Notes: generated by a model not told the origin, from the letters alone. Positions 8,379 to 17,711 are shown, counted from the stretch's first letter. The stretch is 33,090 bases of DNA from a bacterium (GCA_043823315.1 JBDRAU010000029.1:1-33090), one strand, 5' to 3'. A program made the numbers and translations.

Positions 8379-9747
8379 TTTCAAAACCATTATAGGACTT
8401 GAGATTCATGCTCAATTAAACACCGAAAGCAAGATGTTTTGTTCGTGCTCTAACGATGCTGAGGGTAAAGCTCCAAATACTCTGGTTTGTCCAATTTGTT
8501 TAGGGCTGCCGGGAACTTTGCCGGTTGCAAATAATCAGGCCATAGAACATGTCTGTAAAATAGGTTTGGCACTTTCTTCAAAGCTTGCAAAACTTAGCTG
8601 GTTTGATCGCAAGCATTACTTTTATCCCGACTTGCCTAAGGGGTATCAAATAAGTCAGTACCAAAAACCATTTTGCGAGGGTGGTGAACTTGAAATTGAC
8701 GGCAAGAAAATCAGGATTAACAGGGTTCATCTAGAGGAAGACGCGGGAAAACTCGTTCATCCCAATGGCGGCAAATCATATGTTGACTTAAATCGCGCCG
8801 GCACTCCGCTTGCCGAAATAGTTACAGAGCCCGACATAGAGAGTTCTGCTCAAGCGAAAGAATTTATGAAAGAATTGCGAGAACTTTTGCGTTCGATTGG
8901 AGTATCGGATGCCGATATGGAAAAAGGACACTTGAGGTGCGATGCCAACATATCGATAGTTAAAAGTGAAAAGGGTAAAGGGAAAAGTTCACCAATTGTG
9001 GAAATAAAAAATCTTAACTCTTTTAAGTTTGTTGAGAAAGCGCTCGAGATCGAAGAAAAAAGATTAAGGGAAGATTTCGATTCGTGGCCCGAAAAGCAAA
9101 CAAAAGTTACGCGCGGATTTGATTCTAAAAATAATAAAACATACCAGCTTCGAGAAAAAGAAGAGTCGAAGGATTATCGCTATTTTCCGGAGCCTGACAT
9201 TCCACCGATTGAACTTCATGAGTTATTTGATTTGGAAAAAATTAAAAGCGAGCTCGGTAAATTACCCTCTCGCTCGAGATCTGAACTCGAGGAGATTGGA
9301 CTTGATGAGCAAACTGCAAAAGTTGTAATGCGAGATAAAAAAATATTAAGTCAGATATATTTGCTCAAAGAGAAAGGTGTTAGCATTAGCCATAAATTAA
9401 TTAAAACTTTAATCAACGAGAAGACGACTCGGGAGTTTTCGGCTGAGCAGCTTGAGGATTTGGCTGTTTTGCTTGAGAAAGGAATTCCTTCAAATATCTT
9501 AAGGTCGCTTATTAGCGAAGCTCAAGATCAAGGAAAATTGCCGAGTGAATTTTACGAGGAAGACTCAACTGATATTGAAGCAATCGTTGAGGAAGTTCTA
9601 CGAAAAAATAATGAAGCGGTTTTAAGATATAAGTCCGGAAAAACAGAAGTGATCGGGTTTTTAATTGGAGAGGCGATGAAACTCTCAAAAGGCAAAGCAA
9701 ACCCAGGTCTAATTCGTGAAAAAATAATTGAGAAGATCAAGGAATAA
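8371..9747 (+). CDS. gatB: Asp/Glu-tRNA amidotransferase subunit B
   Basis: IGLEIH, YFYPDLPKGYQISQ, HLEEDAGK, YRYFPEPD. Confidence 0.97.
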   Translation: MNNFKTIIGLEIHAQLNTESKMFCSCSNDAEGKAPNTLVCPICLGLPGTLPVANNQAIEHVCKIGLALSSKLAKLSWFDRKHYFYPDLPKGYQISQYQKPFCEGGELEIDGKKIRINRVHLEEDAGKLVHPNGGKSYVDLNRAGTPLAEIVTEPDIESSAQAKEFMKELRELLRSIGVSDADMEKGHLRCDANISIVKSEKGKGKSSPIVEIKNLNSFKFVEKALEIEEKRLREDFDSWPEKQTKVTRGFDSKNNKTYQLREKEESKDYRYFPEPDIPPIELHELFDLEKIKSELGKLPSRSRSELEEIGLDEQTAKVVMRDKKILSQIYLLKEKGVSISHKLIKTLINEKTTREFSAEQLEDLAVLLEKGIPSNILRSLISEAQDQGKLPSEFYEEDSTDIEAIVEEVLRKNNEAVLRYKSGKTEVIGFLIGEAMKLSKGKANPGLIREKIIEKIKE

Positions 9748-9749
9748 CA

Positions 9750-10055
9750 ATGGCAAAAGAAGAGGAAAAAGAAAAACCAAAATTGTCCCGAAGAGCTAGA
9801 TTAGCGCGTGAGTTTAACGCGCAGTTTGTGGAAACGCTGACGACGCTTCTAACAACTGCTTTTGGACTTGTAGCGGCTTTTGCGTGGAATGAAGTAGTTA
9901 AAGGGGCGATAGATAAATACATTGCCACCGGTTCGACCTTAGTATCCCAGTTTATTTACGCTCTGCTGGTGACGCTTCTTGCGGTTATTATTTCATTTCA
10001 GCTTGGTAAAATTGCAGCTATCTATAAGGTGAATTCTGACGAAGACGGGGAGTAA
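9750..10055 (+). CDS. Small two-TM membrane protein, DUF5654-like
   Basis: TTAFGLVAAFAWN motif plus a second hydrophobic helix. Confidence 0.75.
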   Translation: MAKEEEKEKPKLSRRARLAREFNAQFVETLTTLLTTAFGLVAAFAWNEVVKGAIDKYIATGSTLVSQFIYALLVTLLAVIISFQLGKIAAIYKVNSDEDGE

Positions 10056-10082
10056 CTTCTCAAAGCCCGTTTTAAGTTTTTT

Positions 10083-10091
10083 TGGTATAAT
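10083..10091 (+). promoter_or_regulatory. Extended -10 upstream of htrA
   Basis: TGGTATAAT followed by AGGAGG and ATG at 10111. Confidence 0.5.
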
Positions 10092-10110
10092 TTTATTCAG
10101 GAGGAAGAAA

Positions 10111-11295
10111 ATGACCGATGGTCAAAACAAGTCGCTAATTAGTTTTTTAATAATTGTCAGTTTCTTGTCGGGAATTGTCGGAGGCGTGGGGGGGATGGCA
10201 CTACTGGCAACATCGACAAGCTTGCAAAAAAGCTTGGGAATCACTTCAAGCGATGGAGCGATTACTTTTCCTACGAGTGAAAAAGTCGAAAGTATTTCGG
10301 TTAAAGAAGATTCGGCGGTTATCTCATCAGTTAAAAAAGTTTCCTCTTCGGTTGTATCAGTTGTCTTCACAAAGGACGTTCAGGTCTTTGATCCATTTGC
10401 TTTTGGTGCGGGCGAAGTTCAACAACAACAGGGCGGGGGAAGCGGATTTATAATTACATCTGACGGATTGGTTGCAACCAATAAGCATGTGGCCAACATC
10501 GAAGGGGCAAGCTACACAGTTATCACTCAAGATGGTAAAAAATACGATGCCAAAGTTAAAGCGATCGATCCTATCAACGACTTTGCAATATTAAAAATCG
10601 ATGCAAGCAACTTACCTACAGTTGAGTTTGGTAATTCTGACGATCTGGAGATTGGCCAGAGGGTAATTGCAATCGGGAACGCGCTGGGCGAATTTCAGAA
10701 CACGGTTACCACAGGGATTATTTCCGGAAAAGAGCGATCCATTACAGCAAGTGATGGAAGCGGCGCAGGCGAAAATCTTTACGGACTCTTGCAGACAGAT
10801 GCAGCGATCAATGAGGGTAATTCCGGCGGACCGCTAGTTAACTTAAAGGGTCAGGTCATCGGTATGAATACCGCTACGGCGTCAAAGGGTCAGGCGGAGG
10901 GGCTTGGGTTTGCGCTTCCGATCAATTCACTGCGGCTCGCTATTGATTCAATCAAGAAAAATGGAAAGATCGTGAGGCCATATATCGGAGTTGTAACGGT
11001 TGCCGTTGATCAGAAAATTGCTGCGGTCAAGGGATTAAAAGATGCCAAGGGAGCGCTGGTTTACGGTGATCCAACTAGAGGTATCGCCGCTGTAATATCT
11101 GATTCGCCTGCAGAAAAGGCGGGTATTAAACAGGGCGATGTGATTTTGAAAGTCAATAATGAAGAGATAAACGAAAATAAATCCCTGCCTTCAATCTTGT
11201 CAAAATATAGTCCCGGCGATGAAATAAACATTCTCATCATGCGCGACAACAATCAAACAACCATCAAGCTCAAGCTCGGTGAAGTTTCATCGTAA
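10111..11295 (+). CDS. htrA: HtrA/DegP-family serine protease with N-terminal TM and one PDZ domain
   Basis: TNKHV, D.A (DFAILKI), QTDAAINEGNSGGPL; C-terminal PDZ SPAEKAGIKQGDVI. Confidence 0.95.
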   Translation: MTDGQNKSLISFLIIVSFLSGIVGGVGGMALLATSTSLQKSLGITSSDGAITFPTSEKVESISVKEDSAVISSVKKVSSSVVSVVFTKDVQVFDPFAFGAGEVQQQQGGGSGFIITSDGLVATNKHVANIEGASYTVITQDGKKYDAKVKAIDPINDFAILKIDASNLPTVEFGNSDDLEIGQRVIAIGNALGEFQNTVTTGIISGKERSITASDGSGAGENLYGLLQTDAAINEGNSGGPLVNLKGQVIGMNTATASKGQAEGLGFALPINSLRLAIDSIKKNGKIVRPYIGVVTVAVDQKIAAVKGLKDAKGALVYGDPTRGIAAVISDSPAEKAGIKQGDVILKVNNEEINENKSLPSILSKYSPGDEINILIMRDNNQTTIKLKLGEVSS

Positions 11296-11378
11296 CCCTT
11301 GTGTTGCTCTGATCTTTACTGTTCGAGCTTGTCGAGAACTCGCAGAACTTCTCCATAAGGTCGAAGAAAAAAATGAAT

Positions 11379-12284
11379 CTACTTTTTCGATATTAGGGCG
11401 ATTCTGGCGAAATTATTTAGATCGTTTTTAATTTTGCACTTAAGTCCAATGTTTTTCGTGCATTTTTTTATCAACTTTTCCTGATTATAACCAATCTCCA
11501 AAACTGCCATTCCATTTTGGTCTAAATGGTTCGGGAGTTTTAAGAGGAACTTTTCGATTAATTCAAATCCATCCTTGCCGCCGTCAAGAGCAATCTCAGG
11601 GTCAGCGAGCTTACTTACCAAAGCGTCCTTTTCGTCTACGTAAGGTAAATTAGCCAAAATTAGATCATATTGACCATTTATTTCTTGAAAGAGATCACTT
11701 TGAATAAATTCAATCTGTACCTTATGATTTTTAGCATTTTTCTTGGCAATTTTTAAAGCATTGTTTAAAACGTCGCTGGCGGTCAAATCGGCTTTAGGAA
11801 AAAGCTTTTTTAGAGTTATAGCAATACAGCCACAACCAGTGCCTAGATCTAGGATCGAGATCTTATCTGTCATTGCGCGGTTTGCGGGTGGAACGCAAAC
11901 CTGATGATGGCCGCGGCAATCTTTCAGATGAGATCGCTTCGCTAACACTCGCGATGACAAACGCTCTGTGGCTTTGTTTAGAAAGCCAATTGCCTCCTGA
12001 ATCAATATCTCTGTCTCGGGGCGGGGGATGAGGACGTTCTCATCAACGTAAAATTTATTCCCCGCAAAGTAAGCTTTCTTGAAAATATATTCCGGGGGAG
12101 TGCCGGCGAGAGCTAGGGCCTGATTTTTTTTAATTTTTTTAATTTGATTTGCCGAAAGCTCGAGCGAGCTTGAGATCATGAAGAGTTTTTCGCGGGAAAA
12201 ATTTAGCGACTCCCCTGCTAAAAAATCAAATTTTTCCGCAGGAAGAGGGGATGATTTTTTTAGATCACAATATTTAATTTGCAT
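11379..12284 (-). CDS. prmC: Release factor glutamine methyltransferase with ~30-aa repeat-derived insertion
   Basis: VLIPRPETE, LDLGTGCG, NLPY motifs; follows prfA. Confidence 0.93.
   Translation of the reverse strand: MQIKYCDLKKSSPLPAEKFDFLAGESLNFSREKLFMISSSLELSANQIKKIKKNQALALAGTPPEYIFKKAYFAGNKFYVDENVLIPRPETEILIQEAIGFLNKATERLSSRVLAKRSHLKDCRGHHQVCVPPANRAMTDKISILDLGTGCGCIAITLKKLFPKADLTASDVLNNALKIAKKNAKNHKVQIEFIQSDLFQEINGQYDLILANLPYVDEKDALVSKLADPEIALDGGKDGFELIEKFLLKLPNHLDQNGMAVLEIGYNQEKLIKKCTKNIGLKCKIKNDLNNFARIALISKK
11868..11959. repeat. GTCATTGCG...GCAATC/GAGATCGC...CGCGATGAC palindromic element in frame within prmC
   Basis: Same architecture as the intergenic element at 21174-21247. Confidence 0.8.
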
Positions 12285-13185
12285 CGGGTTTCAAAATTGT
12301 CTCTATCGCCTGCTCCTTTTCAACTTTCTTGAGCTCGTCGATTATTATCTCGATATTGCCGTCGAGAATCTTTTGCATATTGTTCCAGCTCTTTGGGATG
12401 CGGTGATCAGTGATTCTGTCTTGCGGATAATTGTAGGTTCTAATCTTGTCAGAGCGGTCTCCCGATTTAACCATTGAGAGGCGAAGTTCTTTTTCGCTTG
12501 ATTGTTTTTTGTCCTTTTCTGATTGCCATATTTTGGCTCGCAGTACCCCCATCGCCTTCTCTTTATTCTTCAGCTGACTTCTTTCGTCTTGGCAAGTTAC
12601 AACAATTCCACTTGGCAGGTGAGTGATTCTAACCGCAGAGTCGGTAGTATTGACTGATTGGCCCCCGTGTCCGCCAGAGCGGTAAACATCAATCTTCAAA
12701 TCTTCCGATCGTATTTCTACTTCTTTTTCTTCGATTTCAGGCATAACGACGACGGTAGCAGCGGAAGTATGAACTCTCCCCTGCTTTTCCGTTTTGGGAA
12801 CCCTCTGAACGCGATGAACGCCCGCTTCGTATTTGAGTGTTCCGTAGGCATTGGGGCCAGAAACGGTAGCAGTAAAATCCTTAAGTCCCCCGATGGAATT
12901 ATCTTTCTTGTTATTGATCGTTAAACGCCAAGTGGTTTTTTCCGCAAAGCGCATATACATTCTGGCAAGCTCTCCGGCAAAAAGTTCCGCTTCTTCCCCG
13001 CCTGTTCCGGCGCGAATTTCAATGATAGCATTTGAGTGATCTTCTTTTTCATCGGGAATAATTTGGGAAATTAACTGATTTATTTCTTCTTCAATTAAAA
13101 GACGGAAATCAGGATCCTGATTAGTTTTGAGCATTTCTTGATATTTTTGAAGCTCTTTAATTTTTGGATTCATTGTTTTCATCAT
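12274..13185 (-). CDS. prfA: Peptide chain release factor 1 (N-terminally short; start may be 13173)
   Basis: GGQ (GGHGGQSVN), RF1-type PxT (VPKTE), RTYNYPQDRITDHR. Confidence 0.95.
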   Translation of the reverse strand: MMKTMNPKIKELQKYQEMLKTNQDPDFRLLIEEEINQLISQIIPDEKEDHSNAIIEIRAGTGGEEAELFAGELARMYMRFAEKTTWRLTINNKKDNSIGGLKDFTATVSGPNAYGTLKYEAGVHRVQRVPKTEKQGRVHTSAATVVVMPEIEEKEVEIRSEDLKIDVYRSGGHGGQSVNTTDSAVRITHLPSGIVVTCQDERSQLKNKEKAMGVLRAKIWQSEKDKKQSSEKELRLSMVKSGDRSDKIRTYNYPQDRITDHRIPKSWNNMQKILDGNIEIIIDELKKVEKEQAIETILKPDAN

Positions 13186-13194
13186 AACAAAAAA

Positions 13195-13247
13195 TTGTCA
13201 TTTCGACCCAGTTTGGTTTATGTCCCCAAACCTGCTCGAAATGACAA
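13195..13247. repeat. TTGTCATTTCGA...TCGAAATGACAA palindrome between rpmE and prfA
   Basis: 12-bp perfect outer stem of the GTCAT..ATGAC family. Confidence 0.75.
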
Positions 13248-13255
13248 CAGCTCTG

Positions 13256-13618
13256 TTAGCTCTCTTTAGTTTCTTCTTCAGGAGTTTTCCCGACGTTTTC
13301 TCCGACGCTCTGGTCGGAGGAGCCAGTCGGGACTCCGACAGTCTCACTCGTCGGAGCTTCGTCTTCTTTCGATTTAGCCCTTTGGGCTCTCTCTTCGGCT
13401 TGCTTTTTCATTTCTTCTGATTTTTTGAGTCGGGCTTGGAATCGGTCAACTCGGCCTGCTGTGTCAACCAGTTTTTTGTTACCGGTATAAAGCGGGTGAC
13501 AAGCAGAGCAAATCTCGACTTTTATTTCCGGTTCAGTTGAGCCAACTTCAAAGGCAACGCCGCACGAGCACTTAACTTTGGCGTTTGAATGATATTTTGG
13601 ATGGATATCTTTTTTCAT
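13256..13618 (-). CDS. rpmE: 50S ribosomal protein L31 (Zn-binding type) with long C-terminal tail
   Basis: [31 protein letters not shown]. Confidence 0.97.
   Translation of the reverse strand: MKKDIHPKYHSNAKVKCSCGVAFEVGSTEPEIKVEICSACHPLYTGNKKLVDTAGRVDRFQARLKKSEEMKKQAEERAQRAKSKEDEAPTSETVGVPTGSSDQSVGENVGKTPEEETKES
13288..13356. repeat. Nested CCGAC...GTCGG hairpin elements in the rpmE 3' coding region
   Basis: TCCCGAC[CTCCGAC..GTCGGAG]GTCGGGA followed by CTCCGAC..GTCGGAG. Confidence 0.65.
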
Positions 13619-13625
13619 GATTTAA

Positions 13626-13654
13626 ATCATATCATACTAGCTAGATAGGATCAA
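13626..13654 (-). promoter_or_regulatory. Putative rpmE promoter (leaderless mRNA)
   Basis: TTGATC-17 bp-TATGAT with TG extension; 7 nt separate the -10 from the ATG. Confidence 0.55.
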
Positions 13655-13722
13655 GAGCTAAATCTGTATATGCTCTTGATTTTTTTTATATTTTAGGGTT
13701 TAATATTGAAGACAAATAAATA

Positions 13723-13900
13723 TCCCAGTCACTTTTCAACCTTTTTCAGTATTCTTAATTCCCGCCTGCATAAGCTATCGCTTAGCGATTACGGGCAGGT
13801 AAGAAATCTGAAAACCTGCCTGACGGCAGGCAGGTAGGTTTCAAAGTGACGGGACTTCCGGAATCGCTTCCTGACCGGGAACGCAATTCGCGGAGCGAAG
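13723..13900 (+). promoter_or_regulatory. Structured rpsB leader (candidate S2 autoregulatory RNA) carrying REP-like inserts
   Basis: TCCCAGTCACTTT...AAAGTGACGGGA long stem with TTTCAG/CTGAAA and TCTTA/TAAGA inner pairs; position upstream of rpsB-tsf. Confidence 0.55.
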
Positions 13901-13909
13901 GATTTTTTT

Positions 13910-14686
13910 ATGGCAGATAAAGCCGATATCAAGGAATTGTTTAAAGCGGGCGCGCATTTTGGTCATCAGAGGTCAAGAACGGATGCTCGATCAAGCGAGT
14001 ATATTTATGCTTTCAAAAACAGAATAGCAGTTATTGATTTAGAGAAAACTCAAAAACTTATCAACGACAGTTTGAGCTTTATATCAAAGCGAGCTCAAGA
14101 GGGAGCGGTTTTTCTATTTGTTGGGACTAAATTGCAAGCCCAAGAGGCAGTCAAAAAATACGCCAAAGAGCTTGAGATGCCATATGTCATCGAGCGTTGG
14201 CCTGGCGGACTTCTCACAAACTTTGAGATTGTATTTAAAAGCATCAAGAAAATGGTCAAGACCGAAGAGGATTTAGCAGAGGGAAAGTTTGAGCATCTGA
14301 CTAAAAAAGAGAGATTAAAGATCGACAAAGATTTGAGAAAATCAGAACTTATCTTTGGCGGACTCAAGAAATTAGAGAAAATGCCGGATGTGCTTATTGC
14401 GGTTGATGCCAGCAAGGAATCAATAGCAATCAAAGAAGCCCAAAACAAGAAAATTCCGGTTATTGCGATTTGCGATACAAATACCAATCCAAGAATAATC
14501 GATTATCCGATCGTTTCAAATGACGATTCAACTTCGAGTGTTGATTTAGTCTTGGGTCTTATCGCCAAAGAAATCAAGGAAAATTACATACCGCGAGTAA
14601 AGGAAGAAACAAAGGTTGAGGAAAGAGTGGAAAAGGCGATTGCTAAAGAGGAAAATAAATCTAAAGATAAAAAGAAAGCTGCCTAA
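13910..14686 (+). CDS. rpsB: 30S ribosomal protein S2
   Basis: AGAHFGH, RWPGGLLTNF, DTNTNP, NDDS. Confidence 0.97.
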   Translation: MADKADIKELFKAGAHFGHQRSRTDARSSEYIYAFKNRIAVIDLEKTQKLINDSLSFISKRAQEGAVFLFVGTKLQAQEAVKKYAKELEMPYVIERWPGGLLTNFEIVFKSIKKMVKTEEDLAEGKFEHLTKKERLKIDKDLRKSELIFGGLKKLEKMPDVLIAVDASKESIAIKEAQNKKIPVIAICDTNTNPRIIDYPIVSNDDSTSSVDLVLGLIAKEIKENYIPRVKEETKVEERVEKAIAKEENKSKDKKKAA

Positions 14687-14694
14687 TTGTAATC

Positions 14695-15159
14695 ATGGAA
14701 GAGATAAAGAAGCTTAGAGAAAAAACCAGTGCAGGGGTTATGGATGTCAAAAAAGCTCTCGATGAAGCGAAGGGAGATGTTAAGCGCGCTGAAGAAATTT
14801 TGAAAACTCGAGGAGTCAAAATTGCTCAAAAAAAATCTGATAGAGCGACTGCCCAAGGACTGATCGACAGTTATATTCACATGGGTAAAATCGGAGTGCT
14901 GGTTGAAGTTAATTGTGAAACTGATTTTGTGGCCCGTAATGAAGACTTCAAAAAGCTTGTTCACGAAATTGCACTTCAGGTTGCACAATCCGAGTCGAAA
15001 ACCGTTGAAGATTTACTTAAAGAAGAATATTTCAAAGATCCGTCGCAGACAATTGATGATCTTGTCAAAGAAGCAATTGGTAAAATCGGCGAGAACATCA
15101 AGGTTGAAAGATTCACTAAATTTTCACTAGGTGCTTCTGAGGGTGGAACTCAGGAGTAA
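14695..15159 (+). CDS. tsf: Elongation factor Ts (short form)
   Basis: LREKTSAGVMDVKKAL, EVNCETDFVA, GENIKV. Confidence 0.96.
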   Translation: MEEIKKLREKTSAGVMDVKKALDEAKGDVKRAEEILKTRGVKIAQKKSDRATAQGLIDSYIHMGKIGVLVEVNCETDFVARNEDFKKLVHEIALQVAQSESKTVEDLLKEEYFKDPSQTIDDLVKEAIGKIGENIKVERFTKFSLGASEGGTQE

Positions 15160-15164
15160 AATAT

Positions 15165-15866
15165 ATGAATCTAAAATACAAAAGAGTTCTTCTGAAAATA
15201 TCAGGAGAAGCTTTTGGTGGTGAGGAAAACAAACTTTTTAATTTTACAAAAGTTCAAAAAATTGCCGAACTCATGGTCAAAATAAAAAAAGAAGGAGCAC
15301 AGGTTGTTCTGGTAAACGGTGCTGGAAATTTGTTTAGGGGAGCCAAACAAAAAGAGATTGAGCGAGAGGCGGCAGATTATATCGGAATGGTAGCAACACT
15401 TATGAATTCACTCGCGCTTCAAGCGGTTTTAAATAAAATGAAAGAGCCGGTTGTAACTTATTCCTCGTTTGGGGTTGAAGGGCTGGCAGAAAAATTTAAT
15501 GCCAAGGAAGCTCAAAAAAAACTAGAAGAGGGATTGATTGTAATTTCAACGGCGGGAAATGGTAAACCGTATTTTACAAATGACACCGCAGGGGTTCAAA
15601 GAGCAATCGATTTAAAATGCGATCTAATGATCAAGGCGTCAACGATAGATGGCGTGTATTCCGATGACCCAAGAACAAATCCCGATGCTAAAAAGTTCGA
15701 AAAAATTTCATATGACGAAACTTTGGATAGGGACTTAAAGGTGCTTGATCGCTCGGCAGTAGAGATTGCCAAGGAGCATAATTTAAAAATTATCGTTACT
15801 AGTTTTGATAGTGGATCTATTTTGAAAGCCTTGCAAGGAGAAAAAGTAGGAACTCTCATAAATTAA
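15165..15866 (+). CDS. pyrH: UMP kinase
   Basis: LLKISGEA, GAGNLFRG, DYIGMVAT, DGVYSDDP. Confidence 0.95.
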   Translation: MNLKYKRVLLKISGEAFGGEENKLFNFTKVQKIAELMVKIKKEGAQVVLVNGAGNLFRGAKQKEIEREAADYIGMVATLMNSLALQAVLNKMKEPVVTYSSFGVEGLAEKFNAKEAQKKLEEGLIVISTAGNGKPYFTNDTAGVQRAIDLKCDLMIKASTIDGVYSDDPRTNPDAKKFEKISYDETLDRDLKVLDRSAVEIAKEHNLKIIVTSFDSGSILKALQGEKVGTLIN

Positions 15867-15919
15867 TTAATTATTAATTTAGAAACTTTTGCAAAATTTT
15901 GAAAATACACCCAGATTCA

Positions 15920-16002
15920 TTATTCTTCGAGCGAAGCCTGCCTACCGGCAGGCAGGTCGAGAAGCCAAAAACATGATAGTTCTCGATAAACTCGAACAAT
16001 AA
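15920..16002. repeat. TTATTCTTCGAGCGAAG-TCGAGAA...TTCTCGA-CTCGAACAATAA element with a 20-bp CCTGCC..GGCAGG insert
   Basis: Second copy without the insert at 31116-31176. Confidence 0.85.
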
Positions 16003-16027
16003 GATGGTTTTTCAACGCATTTTTCAG

Positions 16028-16055
16028 TTGCAAAACTGATACTTAAGGATAGAAT
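16028..16055 (+). promoter_or_regulatory. Putative frr operon promoter
   Basis: TTGCAA-16 bp-TAGAAT. Confidence 0.4.
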
Positions 16056-16092
16056 GATGATAGGATATATCTAAATATTACGAGGTAAATTT

Positions 16093-16650
16093 ATGTATCA
16101 GACAGAAATTAAAATTATGAAACAGAAATTCGAGCAGGTTCGTAATAAGCTCGAAGAAGATTTTAAAAGTATCAGAACGGGTAGAGCGTCGAGCGGAATA
16201 GTAGAAAATATTATTGTCAGTTACTATGGTCAAAACACTCCCCTAAAGCAGATGGCAAATATTCAAACTCCGGACGCTGCGCAGATCGTTATCCAACCGT
16301 GGGATAAGAATTCGCTTGGTGATATCGAGCTGGCGATCAGAAATTCCGATCTAAATCTTTCACCGGTTAATGACGGCCAGCTTATTAGAATTTCACTTCC
16401 TCCTATGACCGAAGAAAGACGGGGAGAGCTCGTTAGAAATATTTCAAAAAAAGCCGAAGAAGCCAGGATTGCTCTTAGAAATGTAAGAGGCGAGGCTTGG
16501 GAGGAAATTCAGAAACTGCAAAAAAGTGGCAAAATAACCGAGGATGATAAGTATTCTGCCGAAGACGAAATCAATAAGATTATTGGCGAATTTAACAAAC
16601 AGATCGAAGAAATATTCCTCGATAAAGAAAAAGAAATTAAATCAATATAA
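16093..16650 (+). CDS. frr: Ribosome recycling factor
   Basis: IRTGRAS, IQPWDK, PPMTEERR. Confidence 0.97.
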   Translation: MYQTEIKIMKQKFEQVRNKLEEDFKSIRTGRASSGIVENIIVSYYGQNTPLKQMANIQTPDAAQIVIQPWDKNSLGDIELAIRNSDLNLSPVNDGQLIRISLPPMTEERRGELVRNISKKAEEARIALRNVRGEAWEEIQKLQKSGKITEDDKYSAEDEINKIIGEFNKQIEEIFLDKEKEIKSI

Positions 16651-17699
16651 TGTTTGCTCTGACACTGCTAGTTTTTTTGATTATACTTGGACTTCTGATT
16701 TTTGTTCATGAAGCAGGCCATTTTGTGTTGGCTAAACTTTCAGGAGTTAAAGTAGAGGAATTTGCTTTTGGTTTTCCGCCACGTCTTGTTTGCCGGAAGC
16801 GCGGTGAGACCAAGTATTGTATCAATCTTTTCCCAGTCGGCGGATATGTAAAAATGCTTGGTGAAGATGAGGATAGTAGTTCGTCACGCTCTTTTTCGAA
16901 AAAGAAAGCACGTTTTCGGATTATGATCGTTGTCGCCGGGGTAGCGATGAACTTCATCCTGGGGGGATTGCTTTTATCTTTAGGCTATGGGATTGGAATG
17001 TCTCCAATTTCAGTTAATCCCGACGAATTTCCTTCAAAAGTAAATGAAGTAGTAGTGGCCCAAGTAAATGAAGATTCGCCGGCTAAGAGTGCTGGTATTA
17101 AAGAGGGTGATGTAATTTTCGGATTCAAAGATATTAATGATTTTGCCGACTATACAAAAGAAAATTTAAATAACGAAATCTCCTTGAGTGTTAATAGGGG
17201 GGGCGAAAAACTCGATAAGAAGATCAAGGTTTCTTCTAATATCGATGCTCCGATAGGTGTCGGCCTCGTTGACATTCCCAGTGTGAAACTCCCGTTTTTT
17301 TCGGCAATTTATTATGGTTTTAAAGACATGGTATTAACCAGTAAAAACGTGGCAGTTGCTTTATATATGATCGTAGCGGGGATATTCAAAACTGGAAAAG
17401 TCGGTGAGTCAATCGCCGGTCCGGTCGGGATATTTCATATTACCGGTCAGGCAGTTTCGCTTGGATTCATATACATTGTTCAGCTCGCGGCGCTCTTGTC
17501 GATTAATTTGGCCATTATAAATATCTTGCCATTTCCGGGACTTGACGGAAGCCGGGCGCTGATAATATTCCTAGAGGGAGTATTCAGGAAGCAAGTAATG
17601 AGAAGCGAAATAGAGTCGGTTCTTCATACGGTTGGATTTATTTTATTGATAGTATTGATACTGCTGGTGACTTTTAAAGACGTCGTATCTCTTATTTAA
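16650..17699 (+). CDS. rseP: Site-2 (M50) intramembrane protease with PDZ domain
   Basis: HEAGH, GFPP, GGYVKM, NILPFPGLDG. Confidence 0.93.
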   Translation: MFALTLLVFLIILGLLIFVHEAGHFVLAKLSGVKVEEFAFGFPPRLVCRKRGETKYCINLFPVGGYVKMLGEDEDSSSSRSFSKKKARFRIMIVVAGVAMNFILGGLLLSLGYGIGMSPISVNPDEFPSKVNEVVVAQVNEDSPAKSAGIKEGDVIFGFKDINDFADYTKENLNNEISLSVNRGGEKLDKKIKVSSNIDAPIGVGLVDIPSVKLPFFSAIYYGFKDMVLTSKNVAVALYMIVAGIFKTGKVGESIAGPVGIFHITGQAVSLGFIYIVQLAALLSINLAIINILPFPGLDGSRALIIFLEGVFRKQVMRSEIESVLHTVGFILLIVLILLVTFKDVVSLI

Positions 17700-17711
17700 A
17701 AGGGGGATTTT

